The position numbers were made by a program, and so were the translations under genes. 41,668 bases of DNA from Folioceros fuciformis. Taxonomy: Eukaryota. The notes under the pieces were generated by a model. That model saw only the letters and a program-made list of their open reading frames with translations, made no database searches and had not been told where the DNA came from. How positions within the stretch are numbered: the first letter of the stretch is position 1; each line of letters opens with the position of its first letter. Of the stretch, positions 22,425 through 33,049 are shown piece after piece. The DNA lies in assembly GCA_049999805.1 (NCBI GenBank), contig JBNGIO010006409.1:1-41668 (forward strand). Reading direction: 5' to 3'.

Positions 22425-23675
22425 GTTACGAATATGTTCGCTGTAAGTAGTCGCTTTGGAACCCTAGAAGATTTCAAACATCTGGTTGACAGTGCCTATG
22501 GTTAGTTAGGCATTCCTTGAGCGCCTGCTACTGAAGCCCAGTTTACATCAATTCAGCGTTTCGTTTCTCATGTTTTGAGTTCATGATGAAACAGGAATGG
22601 GCCTGTTTGTCATCATGGACATAGTCCACTCACATGCGGCGGCTGCAGACGAGATGGTTGGCCTTCCTTCATTCGATTGTGCTAATGATTGTTACTTCCA
22701 TGATGGTTAGTGTGCACTGCCTTGCAAGGATTGGTGCAGAATGCTGAGATTGTTTTTTCGTCCGTTCACCATCCCGTTCACTGTAGCAGCTGAGTTTACC
22801 CTTGCATTGCAGGACGGCGAGGGCGTCCCAAACATACAGGCAACCGCATATTCAATTATGGTGAATACGAAGTGCTTCGCTACCTCTTATCAAAGCTGAA
22901 GTGGTGAGTGGATTNNNNNNNNNNCGATGATCTCTAGTGTGACTGATCTTTCTGAATGCTGTGTTTGAATTGCTCTCTCAGGCAGTTCGCATCTAGAGCA
23001 AGGTAGCTTGGAAGTCACACTTTTCTTTCTCATGGTAGGTGGGTGGAAGAGTATCAAATAGATGGTTTCCACTTCCATTCGCTGCAGTCCATGTTTTACA
23101 CCCACAATGGATTTGCAGAGTTCACAAATAGCTTGAATGAGTAAGGCTGCTGTCATTCAGGAAATTGCTCGCAGGAGCTCCATTTTGGTCGAATTACATA
23201 GACTGCTTCCTCACTCTTTCTCACATTTCTCTGGTTGTGCAGCTACTGCAATCAACGTGGACAGAGATGCATTGCTGTATGTGATTCTGGCTAATGAGAT
23301 GCTGCACAAGCTCAACTCGAACATTGTCACAATTGCAGGGGATGTATGCACAATCCTGCCTCTCTTCTCTTAATTGACAAATTCTGGATTGCTTGTGTGC
23401 ACAGCACCAGCACTCTTGACTGAGTCGATTGCTACTTCCCACAGGCCTCACAGTATCCAGGATTGGCTGAACCCATCAGTAAAGGCGGGTTGGGCTTGGA
23501 CTACTTTGCCAGCGTCTCACCCTCTAAGATGTGGTCGTATCTCATTGGAAATGTTCCAGACAGTGAATGGAGTATGAGTCAGGTGAGATTTGAGAGACCT
23601 GTACTGGAATTCTTCGTGCGTGTGGTTCACGTTTTGTGAACTAACGAACGGCATGTGGTACGGCGATTTCAGATT
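22425..23675 (+). pseudogene. SBE3: Second partial SBE3 copy (six central exons), forming the right arm of the inverted repeat
   Basis: AG/GT-bounded exons: [25 protein letters not shown] (22425-22500); MDIVHSHAAAADEMVG; IFNYGEYEVLRYLLSKLKW; WVEEYQIDGFHFHSLQSMFYTHNGF (His at the DGFRFD nucleophile position, typical of the SBE3 clade); DRDALLYVILANEMLH with a 2-bp deletion relative to the left copy; GGLGLDYF. Confidence 0.9.
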
Positions 23676-24160
23676 TCAAGAAGTTGTTCAATTTGGACGG
23701 CCCATTCCCGACAGACAGGGATGCATTGGCTGGGACCTTTGAAAATATCTTTCGTAAAACGGCAAGGATCGATTGTCCAGGTTTGTGATACGACCTTCGT
23801 AGTTCATATGGTCTGAACGAAGTTGGCACTCACCTGGTATTTGGTTGTGCCCAGTGGGATGAACGAGGTTCCTGGTTGTAATCTGGCTTTTGGTTGTGCT
23901 GTGCAGCTACTCTACCAGGACCACCTTGGTCACTGAGGCATTCACCACCGAATGAGCTTGCCAAACTGACAGAGTTCCAAGAAGAGTTGGTGCAGTTAGC
24001 TTCACAGTTGAATGGTGATCACTTGTTGAACAGCTATCCCAACATTGGAAAACTCCTGAACGTGGGGCAAGCGAATGCATACACTCGAGGCCATGGCTAG
24101 ATTCCTGGAGGAGGGTAGGAGGGCACTGCGGAATGGTGGGAATAGCACAATGTTGTAAGG
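23676..24160 (+). pseudogene. NPC1: 3' fragment (last two exons) of a non-specific phospholipase C gene, NPC1-like
   Basis: [25 protein letters not shown]...DCP, intron 23781-23906, then LTEFQEELVQLASQLNGDHLLNSYPNIGKLLNVGQANAY. Matches the remembered NPC C-terminus (KKLFNL..FLTKRDAWAGTFE; LSEFQ.EL.QLASQLNGD). Confidence 0.82.
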
Positions 24161-24298
24161 CTGATGCCATTTGCTTTACCAGTAACCCTCAGATATTTGG
24201 GTCTACCCCTTACGTCGGTGCGTCATGGTAGGATTTGAAGGAACTGACTTGATGCAGTATCCAAACCAAACCGTGGAGTTGATGAGTTAACTGGTCAC

Positions 24299-25836
24299 AT
24301 GGAAAAATGGACGGGATGCCTCCAGCCAGGCCAACTGCTAGACATGCGGTCTCCCCGAGACACCATGTTGAAGCTCATTGCTACCCCACCAAGGGACGTC
24401 GCAGTTTCAAAGTGCTTTGCAGTGGGGAAGACAGGGATTGCATCTGAGCAAAGAGTCCCGGCTCCCAGTAACTTGGGCCCGGATGCAGTTGGGTTTTTTA
24501 AGGAGAAGAATCTCACCTCGAAAGCCTTCCCGCAGTATTTGCGTGAAAGGTACTACTCTCTCAAGCTCTGTATGGCGTATTGTTTTAGTAAACATGAAAC
24601 GAAAGTAGCTGGAGGTGAAAACTGTGGTTGGTTCAGGACTTGGAATTTGAAGCAGACATAGCATAGGAAAAGGGGAAAATTTTCTCCTGAGCTGCTGCAA
24701 TTGTTGTCCAGGTACAAAGCTTTGAAGGACTTGAGAATGCTGATAGCTGAGCAGGATGACAATCTTCTTGCCTTCGCATCAGCGTACGTGACGCTTTGTG
24801 TACCTCCTTTGATGGTCCACAGTGGTGAGGGTTGGGAAGGGGGGATTGACCCGCTAGTATGCATCGCAGATATGAGGCTTCGCCTTTCATGCTGTTAAGC
24901 TTATTGAATGGGCTCCAGGTAAAATTTGTTCTCTTCGTTTTCACTTCTGGTGAACAAGTGCATGCATCCATTTTGTAGTAGCTGCATCCTATATCTTGGT
25001 GTAGAATCAGTCCTGCAGGTGCCTTGAAGTCTCCATTGCCAAACAGTGGCTATTCAAACCATTCCATGTCTTGTGCTTCTGACGCATGCTTTGTCAGTAC
25101 CCTGCCTGACTCAGCCATCATGGTTGCAGCTTCTCGTTTTTGTTCTATTGTTGGGGATTTCAACAACTGGGAACCCAGTAAAGAGTATTCAGGGGAGGGA
25201 TATCTTCGACATGATGATTATGGCTGTTGGAGACTTGTAATTGAAGACAAGCTTCGTGAAGGAGAAAAGCCAGATCTTATAGTAAACGAGTACAGTTACG
25301 ATTAGGATTATGACTTAGGTGATGAGAACCCTGACTGGGATGCAATTTTTGACGAGGCTGACAAGCAATATTGGGAGCCTGGTGAAGATGAGTATATGGG
25401 TGATCCCTTGGTTAAGTGGCTGGAACTACATAGGAAGATTTTTGGAGACAATCCCAATCCCATTTATCGGGAAGAGTCCACAGACACAGAGGAGGAGGAT
25501 GGTTCTGACGACTTTCCTGACTACATCCCCAGTGCTCGAGCAAGATATGAAGCATGGAGAGCAAGCCAGCCTGTCATTGAGGGACAGTTGCCTCCGATTG
25601 ATGTAGTAGATGATGGGAGAAATGTTGAACCGACCTGTGTAGATGACCCTATTTACCGGGCCCGAGCGGAGCGAAAAACTCCTCCAGGTTATTGGAAATA
25701 CCTACGAAGTGGCCGTAAAGCATGGGAGAAGAAGTATATACCTACTGTCGCTCATAAGAGTAAACTACGGCTGTTTCTTCAAACGCCTGGAGGGCCTCTG
25801 GAGCGAATCCCTGCTTGGGCCACGTATGTCTTACAA
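24299..25836 (+). pseudogene. SBE3: SBE3 5' exons (N-terminal region), with an in-frame stop
   Basis: GPDAVGFF...KAFPQYLRER / YKALKDL / EWAP / FCSIVGDFNNW...HDDYGCW..IEDKLREGEKPD / YWEPGEDEY / GRKAWEKKYIP...GPLERIPAWATYV. TAG at 25303-25305. The start position is approximate. Confidence 0.88.
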
Positions 25837-26338
25837 GTGAATAGCTTCTCGAGGGACTTGAGTGCATGGGGTCGTAGAAACCGTAGCAAGCCATTCCCGT
25901 CCATATCTTGAAGACGGGAATGGGATGGCATATTTCCACTGACCTCCCAGCTTTCACCCAGGCTGGAGATGGCCACGCGCAGGTTGTGTAGAAAGATCCC
26001 TTTCACAGCCCACAAGGCAGGTTCTGCCATGAGGTTAGTCGAAGGCCATCATGACGAGTACTTTCACCCAACCCATAAAGCGATGCAGTCTTTGCAACTG
26101 ATGTTGGGTACTGATCCTTGGACATAGTGATGCGAAACCAAGAGATCGGAGGTGCAAGAATAACTCAAACAAGAGCCTGCTGTCTTCTATCCTGCCACCA
26201 TGGCAAATGTCCCCATCACAAGCTCAATGCATATCCTTCGAAACCTCGGCGTGCAGTCTGACCTTCACCTCCTCCACCCGAGTGTGTGTGAAGAGCTGTC
26301 AGTATGTCAATGGCGGGCTTCTCCAGGAATCTGAAACG

Positions 26339-29300
26339 TGTTGGAGAAAACTAGGTTTAAGCACAGCCTGATACCCGTTACCGAATTAGGACAGTTTCAT
26401 AAACTCACTAGTTAAACAGCTTAGCGGTTCGAACAGTTAAGTAGGTTACTCAAGTTACTAATTGATCAATCGTCGTTATAACTAAATACACTTTGTATTT
26501 AAATCGTATCATTAATGCTCGAATCATCAATTCCAAGGGATTCTTGTCCCGCTACATGGTATCAGAGCCCCAGGCTCGTCCCCTCATGGCTTCGCCGTTG
26601 CTTCCCGTCACTGGCGCTGCACACTTCACAAGGATGGGTCAGCAACAATTGAAGAATCCAGCGGACCAGAGATCCTAATCAGGAAAACATGGCAAGGCGA
26701 TGCACCTCCGTGACTTTCACTTCAATACACCGTGCTCCCACTCCTGAAGGGAGATCTTTCATCAACATAGTAGAGAAGCAAATCCACGACGAGCGACTCC
26801 GCCGCCGGTGGACTACGCCAACTACCAGCACACCTATCAGCATTCCAGCCACGGCCGCCCCGATCAAGCCCATCTCTCACTCACACGGATGCACGTACAC
26901 TGCTTCCTCCCAAGCCAGCGTACCTGCCACACCTAAGTACTTGAGAATTCAATTGGACTACATAGAGTCACAACTCGGCCCTGCATATCGCAATCAATCA
27001 AATTCCCTTCTACATACAAATGTAGATCACGCACTCACTCCTCACCTTTTTTGCTAGTCCTAATTCGACGCCCCGCTGCCTTTTATGCCCAAATTTGATC
27101 CGCTCTCCCTTCATACCACAAAGCTCCCTACAAAGAAACTTGCAATTAAATCAGCCATGGCCTCTTATGTCCCTAATCCCACTTCTACGGTGATTAACAC
27201 CACCAAAGTAGAATTTAGAGACTGTGATCGCTTCAACGGAAGCAATTACGATATCTGGCAAATGAGAATCACAGCCCTGTTAGAAGAACATGATCTAATG
27301 TCAATCACATACGGCACTTTGCCACGGCCCTCGCTCACCTCTACCACACCAGCTACCCTTGACCAGATAGCTACATGGGACAAGAAAGACAAGAGGGCTC
27401 GCAACATCTTGATATCTGCGATTGACAAAACAATGCTACAACACACCCAAGGTCAGACGACCTCACATGATGTATGGAAAGCTTTTAATGACATGTTCCA
27501 GGCACAGAGTTCAATGTCTCTAATCAATGCCACAAGTCAATTCTATTCACTGAGGATGAAGGACAGTGAGAGTGTCGAGCAACACGTAAACATCTTGCAG
27601 CCCCTGCGAGCGAAGCTCTCTAGCAGCGGCACCGTCATCACCAAACTTCAAGCAGTAGGCGCAAACGCACCACCAGCCTACACCTTTTCAGACGTTATTT
27701 CAGCATTTCTCGAGAAAGAATCCAGCAGAATCGGCACCTCAAGCAATAATGTTGGGGTAAGCCACGCCCTCTTCACTTCCAGAGGTCGGGGAAATAGGCG
27801 TGGTAAAGGACGAGGAGGTTTCCCCAAGCGAAGAGGCCCACCTTCTCCAAGCTTCTCGGGCTTCCCAAGTCGACAATTTTCACAAAACAGATCATTTGAC
27901 AGAAGATCAGCCAAACGAGCATGTAACTGGTGCAAAAATCTTGGTCACTACAAAAGTGAATGCCGAAAGAAGCAGGCAGGCAAGCCACGCAGAGAAGCTC
28001 CCAGAAACGAGTCTCACCTTACCACAACTACCAAGTCGTCGTCAGCCAGTTCCATCTTAGCAGTCTGCCTCACCCTTACCAGAACAGACACATGTCGTTG
28101 GTTCTTAGACTCCGGAGCCACCACACACATATGTAGCTGTCAAGACATGTTTACCTCCTACCACCCGGTCCTCTCCGACCAACACGTCCTCTTAGGAGAT
28201 GATAGTGCACTACCCATTCAAGGTTCAGGAGAAGTCCAACTGCGTCTTTCTACTGGAGAGCTCCTCACCATCAACAAAGTCCTGCACGTACTTGCAATGA
28301 CCAAGAACTTGCTAGCAGTCCGTAAGTTAGCCACAAAACATGACCTCACCATCACGTTCCAAGGAAACCACTGCACCATCTGTCACAGCAAAGACCCTGA
28401 GAAAATAGCCCTGGCTCACGGACTTCCCTTCAATGATCTTTACCTCTTGAACATCCAATCTACATCACTCTTGGTAGATAGCAGTCCACCAACATCCTCA
28501 AACAAGTCCTTGTTACTGCACTGCCGTGCAAGCCATATGAACCCTAGATACCTTAACATGCTTGCAAACCCCACCATGTATAAGGATCTTGTCAAGCTCA
28601 AAGTTCACAAGGACTTCTTCTGCAAGATATGTCAGTATACCAAGTTAAACCAATCACCTTTCAAAGACCCTTCTCCTACCCATGCCAGACTAGTGCTTAA
28701 GACAATCCACTCCGATATATGTGGACCCATGAGCACAGACTCCTTTGGAGGCCACAGCTATTTCATTACGTTCCTGGATGAATGGAGCAGATATTGCCAT
28801 GTCTACTTCTTGAAGCGAAAGGACGAGGCCCTTTCATGTTTCCAAGACTTTCTTCTCACTGCTGAGTGGCAAACAGGATTTCAAGTAACCACCCTGCGAA
28901 CAGAAAATAGGGGTGAGTACATCAGCAATGCCTTCCAAAGATTCTGCCGCTCTAAGGGCATTCAACAAAAGAACACGGTACCTTATACTCCCTCATAGAA
29001 CCCTTTCGCTGAACGACTGAATCGTTCCTTGTTGGAAATCTTGAGGTCCCTCCTCAAACTCGCAGGCTTAACAAAAGCATACTAGGAAGAAGCTGTGTTC
29101 AATTCCACTTACCTGAAAAACAGGCTTCCAACTAAGGAACTCCCCTGCACTACTCCATTCGAGAGGTGGAGTGGCCACAAACCTAGGGTATCCCACCTCC
29201 ATATTTTCGGTAGGAACCTTTGCCCATATTGCTGCAAAAACCCGAAGGAAGTGGGATGATACAGGTCGAAAGATGTTGTTCATAGGATACTTGGACCAAG

Positions 29301-30204
29301 TCAAAGACTACCGGCTCTTTGATCCCCACTCTTGAGAGGTAATCCATTCCCGCAATGTTCATTTCCACAAAACCCATCTCCTCAACACACTCCTCCAGTC
29401 CTTCCTCACTTCCACTCCCTTGCTTGCACCTAGCATTTTTGGCCATTCTACCACTGAATCCCCCCTTGAGTTTGAAGGGGCCACAGACTACGATAACATC
29501 ACCTCACTGCAAACTCAAAAGGTGATCCAACAAGAAGTACTTTAGCAACCTGCACCACCAACCTAACAACCACTAGCCCAATAGCCTATACAGCAGCAAC
29601 CAGACCTCTCTCACTCCACATCATCTCCAAACTCCCAAATCCCAGAGGTTACTGTCCCGGAGATAATACCCCAAGTGTACCATCCCGAACCCACTTTACC
29701 TGCACCTCCAGAAGCAATCAGAAGATCCACCAGAAACAAACCTACACGAAGTGAACGGAAAGAGCCACCATACACTCATGGTGATACCCTCACATGTCCC
29801 ATGGAGCGCCAGGCATCCTCCATCTCTCAACCTCACACTGACTAGTTGGAAGATGTTGCACACCAGGCACTATCGGCCATTGAAATGTAGGGAGTACCCC
29901 TATCCATAGACGAGGCACTTGCTTCACCAGAATGGACAGTTGCAGTACAATCAGAGTACGACTCCCTAATGAGCAACAAAGCGTGGAAGTTGGTGGACTT
30001 ACCGAAAGGAAGAAAACCTATCTCCTGCAAGTGGACATTCAGGCACAAACTCAATCCAGACGGAACAGTAGCAAGACATAAGGCCAGACTTGTTGTAAGA
30101 GGCTTCACTCAGATCCCTGGCTTCGACTACGAGGAAACCAGACTTTTTAGTCCAATAGTGAAGTCGACCTCCATTAGAATTCTTCTTGCCTTCGTAGCAC
30201 ACCA
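26339..30204 (+). mobile_element. Ty1/Copia element B, 5' part, truncated within RT
   Basis: 218-bp LTR TGTTGG...GCTACA (26339-26556), perfect PBS TGGTATCAGAGCC (26557-26569), gag-PR-IN ORF, and RT start ([28 protein letters not shown]) cut at 30204. Confidence 0.93.
27085..28998 (+). CDS. Copia B gag-protease-integrase polyprotein, prematurely terminated
   Basis: FNGSNYDIW, CNWCKNLGHYKSEC knuckle, WFLDSGATTH protease, IHSDICGP, YFITFLDEWSR. TAG falls inside the integrase core. Confidence 0.92.
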   Translation: MPKFDPLSLHTTKLPTKKLAIKSAMASYVPNPTSTVINTTKVEFRDCDRFNGSNYDIWQMRITALLEEHDLMSITYGTLPRPSLTSTTPATLDQIATWDKKDKRARNILISAIDKTMLQHTQGQTTSHDVWKAFNDMFQAQSSMSLINATSQFYSLRMKDSESVEQHVNILQPLRAKLSSSGTVITKLQAVGANAPPAYTFSDVISAFLEKESSRIGTSSNNVGVSHALFTSRGRGNRRGKGRGGFPKRRGPPSPSFSGFPSRQFSQNRSFDRRSAKRACNWCKNLGHYKSECRKKQAGKPRREAPRNESHLTTTTKSSSASSILAVCLTLTRTDTCRWFLDSGATTHICSCQDMFTSYHPVLSDQHVLLGDDSALPIQGSGEVQLRLSTGELLTINKVLHVLAMTKNLLAVRKLATKHDLTITFQGNHCTICHSKDPEKIALAHGLPFNDLYLLNIQSTSLLVDSSPPTSSNKSLLLHCRASHMNPRYLNMLANPTMYKDLVKLKVHKDFFCKICQYTKLNQSPFKDPSPTHARLVLKTIHSDICGPMSTDSFGGHSYFITFLDEWSRYCHVYFLKRKDEALSCFQDFLLTAEWQTGFQVTTLRTENRGEYISNAFQRFCRSKGIQQKNTVPYTPS

Positions 30205-32945
30205 TGTGGGGGAAAAATATCACACCCGGGGGTGCTGCAAGGTCCACACAAACCCTCTTTGTCGTTACAATTTAGGGATTCGATCCCAAAGGAATGATCC
30301 CAAAGGAACTCTCACCGACAGCACTTCTAGTTAGAATTGCTAACTTGGAAGCAAATGCATTGAAAATGATCTATTAGCAAATTGATTAGGTGGATACAAA
30401 GGTAGGCCTTAAGTAGCAGTTTAGGAGGGGTGTGCCCTTTGACTAACTTGCCAGTTAACTAACTACACTCATAACTATGTCTAGTTAGGCTAACCAACGT
30501 AATACAGATTCACGTGGTTTGCCTAATATTCCAACTCTCCCTCTCAGACACGTGTTGGTTGCTGTTAGAAGAGAGCTCCTAAGTACAAACGGAGATCACT
30601 ACTGTTGACGCCAAGCTTTAAACATCGTCAAAACGGCTATCACCTAAAGTCGGTAGTCCTCACTCTTGTAGAGCCTATAGTCTACTATGGAGGCAAAACC
30701 CCGGGCACTGATTGCCGATGGGTTCCACCTTTAGTGCCCACACTTATCCCACTGTCGTTGAGACATTGGGTTTCGTTCCCATGAAGGAGCGATGGGGTTC
30801 CTTGCTGCTATGGATGGAGGGTCGGACTTGATCAACTTGATGATGGATTCGAGGGTTCCCCTCCAGCTCCAATCAGGCGTAGGACAGGCCTCGCTGTCTA
30901 GCGGTCAACTGCACCTCTCTCGTTGCCCACAAACTCACTCCAGTCACTACAACGACTTTAACCTCTCAGATCTGCGTCTTCCCTCACACACTTCACTCAC
31001 TCTCTTACTCCAGCACCAACACCAGCAACTACCAGCAACCAGCAATAACACCACTACCTTCTACACTTCCCTACTGACTCCTCCTACCCGGCAAGAGTCA
31101 CTAGACTAACCCCAAAGAAAAGAAAGAAGGGAACACACTCCCCTCTTGGGTATCTCCTCCCCACAACCTTACCAGACGCCATGAAACATGGCCGGCCTAC
31201 GGCACTTGTCCAAACAGGGAACAAGAGTGGACAGGTCGAGAGAAAGACACATCCTTTACAATCAAGAGCTAGGGGCAAGCCCCTTCACCCTGGTCATTAC
31301 ACCTTGTGATCCTACCAGACACTATACAACCAGCAACACGCTACCCGCGATCCTACCAGACACTGTACAGCCGGCAACACGCTGCCTGCGATCCTACCAG
31401 ACACTGTACAGCGGGCAACACGCGGCTTGCGATCCTACCAAACGTTGCACAGCCGGCAACACACTGCAGGTCCTAAACCAAGCAGGGACAGACCACGAGA
31501 GCTCATGAAGAGAGGACCTCCAAGAGCTCACGAAGTGATAGACTGACTCCCAAAGTGAATGACTCCTTCCTCCTACAGGCTCACCTGATCTCATAGGAGC
31601 CTTTCTCTCTCTTTGACTTCACCTCTCTCTAACTTGAGAAATATTATTTTAATAAGACTACTAGCCTAGCCGGCTGTCACTAGCCACTTATTTAGACTTC
31701 TAGCACATCCTGCCACCAATGAGCTGGCCCTACCACCACAAGGATCTACCACCTCTCAGACTATCCTGAGACTTCGGAGGATGTCTGATCTTCAAAGATC
31801 TGTGGACGTCGCCTTAGTCTTCCCTTGCAACTGTTCACCCTGGTGGCTGAGCCAGCCTCCAGGGAAGGAGCATGAGCAATGGGAAAGATAGAGAAGAGGT
31901 GGGAAGGAGTGGGATCAGCAACCGGAACTTGGCCTGAAAACGGTAGCTTATTCAGCTGAATTAGCTTCCAGCCGAAATGGTTCCTCGGCCATGGAAGACT
32001 GACCCTAAGGTGCTGGGGGAGGCCCTAAACTAAGAGGGGCTAGATCAGCCCGTGGCGAGGGGAGATGGTAGCGGGATTGGAGAAAATGGGCAGGGGAGGG
32101 GGAAAGGGAGGAGGGGGAAGGGGAAATGGCAGCACCAGCAGCGGGACAGCAACGGGGTTGTAGATTGAGGAGGAAATCGGGACAGGGTAGGAGGGGGATG
32201 GGAAAAGAAATCGGGAAGAAGACGGGGGCAGGCCTGGCCCTGCATCAGCTGAATCCTGCAGCTCGCCTCAGCCTCCTTTCCTGCACATATTCGATCTCAT
32301 CACCCGTCAATCCCTCCTCCTGCATGCAATCTAGATCCAAAGAAGAAACAGGAAGGGAAGATTGAGAAGGAAGGGAGGAAGAAGAGGAGAATGGAGGAGA
32401 AAGGGAGCAAGGGAGAGAGGGGGAAAAGGGATGGGGGCGGCTGCAACCCCTGCCTCTAGCTCTAGCTAGGGCATGGCCTCCATGGCCGTTCATGCCCGCC
32501 AAGCAATCAGCCAGCCTATCGTTAGACCTTGACCCCTAACACTGACATACCCAGATACCCGTTCCTATGTTCAAACCCTTATTTTATTATTTAATACCAG
32601 TATATTATTTAATACTATTATATTATTGTTTAATCATTTAATATTATATATAATTAATATTAAACTAATCATCAGACATAGACTCAAACTTTCCCAACCC
32701 TATGGCCTGGTACCGAACCTAAACCTTCCTAGGTCTGGGACCAAACCTATACCCACTCTTATAACCAAACCAACTATTTCCTGGTCAATTAACCTAATTA
32801 GCACAAAGAAAAATAGGAAAAATGACCAGAAAATAAAAGAAAATTAGGCAAAATAAGTTGAAAAAGAAAACCAAACCATACCACTATTAACCCTTTTCCA
32901 ACCAAAACAAACTACTACCCCAAACTTTGGAGGTTCACATCTACA
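30205..32945. mobile_element. Long solo-LTR-like element 2 (2,741 bp) without a matching TSD
   Basis: TGTGGGGG...CACATCTACA. First ~95 bp align with 38239-38335. Left flank CACCA (Copia B RT), right flank CGATC. Confidence 0.75.
31308..31470. repeat. 41-bp tandem repeat, about 4 copies
   Basis: GATCCTACCAGACACTGTACAGCCGGCAACACGCTGCCTGC-like units at 31308, 31349, 31390 and 31431. Confidence 0.9.
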
Positions 32946-33049
32946 CGATCTCACAAAGTAGAACACCACTCCAGTGACCAGAAGAGAAGCATGCCAATTG
33001 CTTCGTATCATCAACCTAAGTGACGGGAATATTTGTGTAGTGAAAGGTC

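Larger units (their letters stand above)
19127..23674. repeat. Large inverted repeat: arms ~19127-20424 and ~22390-23674, ~2 kb spacer
   Basis: Reciprocal ORFs (19354-19599 + vs 23221-23451 -; 19428-19670 - vs 23137-23373 +) and by-eye reverse-complement matches along the arms, with scattered substitutions and small indels. Confidence 0.95.

Noticed and set aside
19127-23674. Inverted arms as TIRs of a Mutator-like or foldback transposon
   Set aside because: The arms are SBE3 exon/intron sequence, there is no TSD, and the left copy continues as SBE3 beyond both arm ends.
13100-31470. Short tandem arrays (13.1, 18.3, 21.8 and 31.3 kb) as CRISPR arrays
   Set aside because: Units are contiguous with no unique spacers, there are no cas genes, and the context is eukaryotic.
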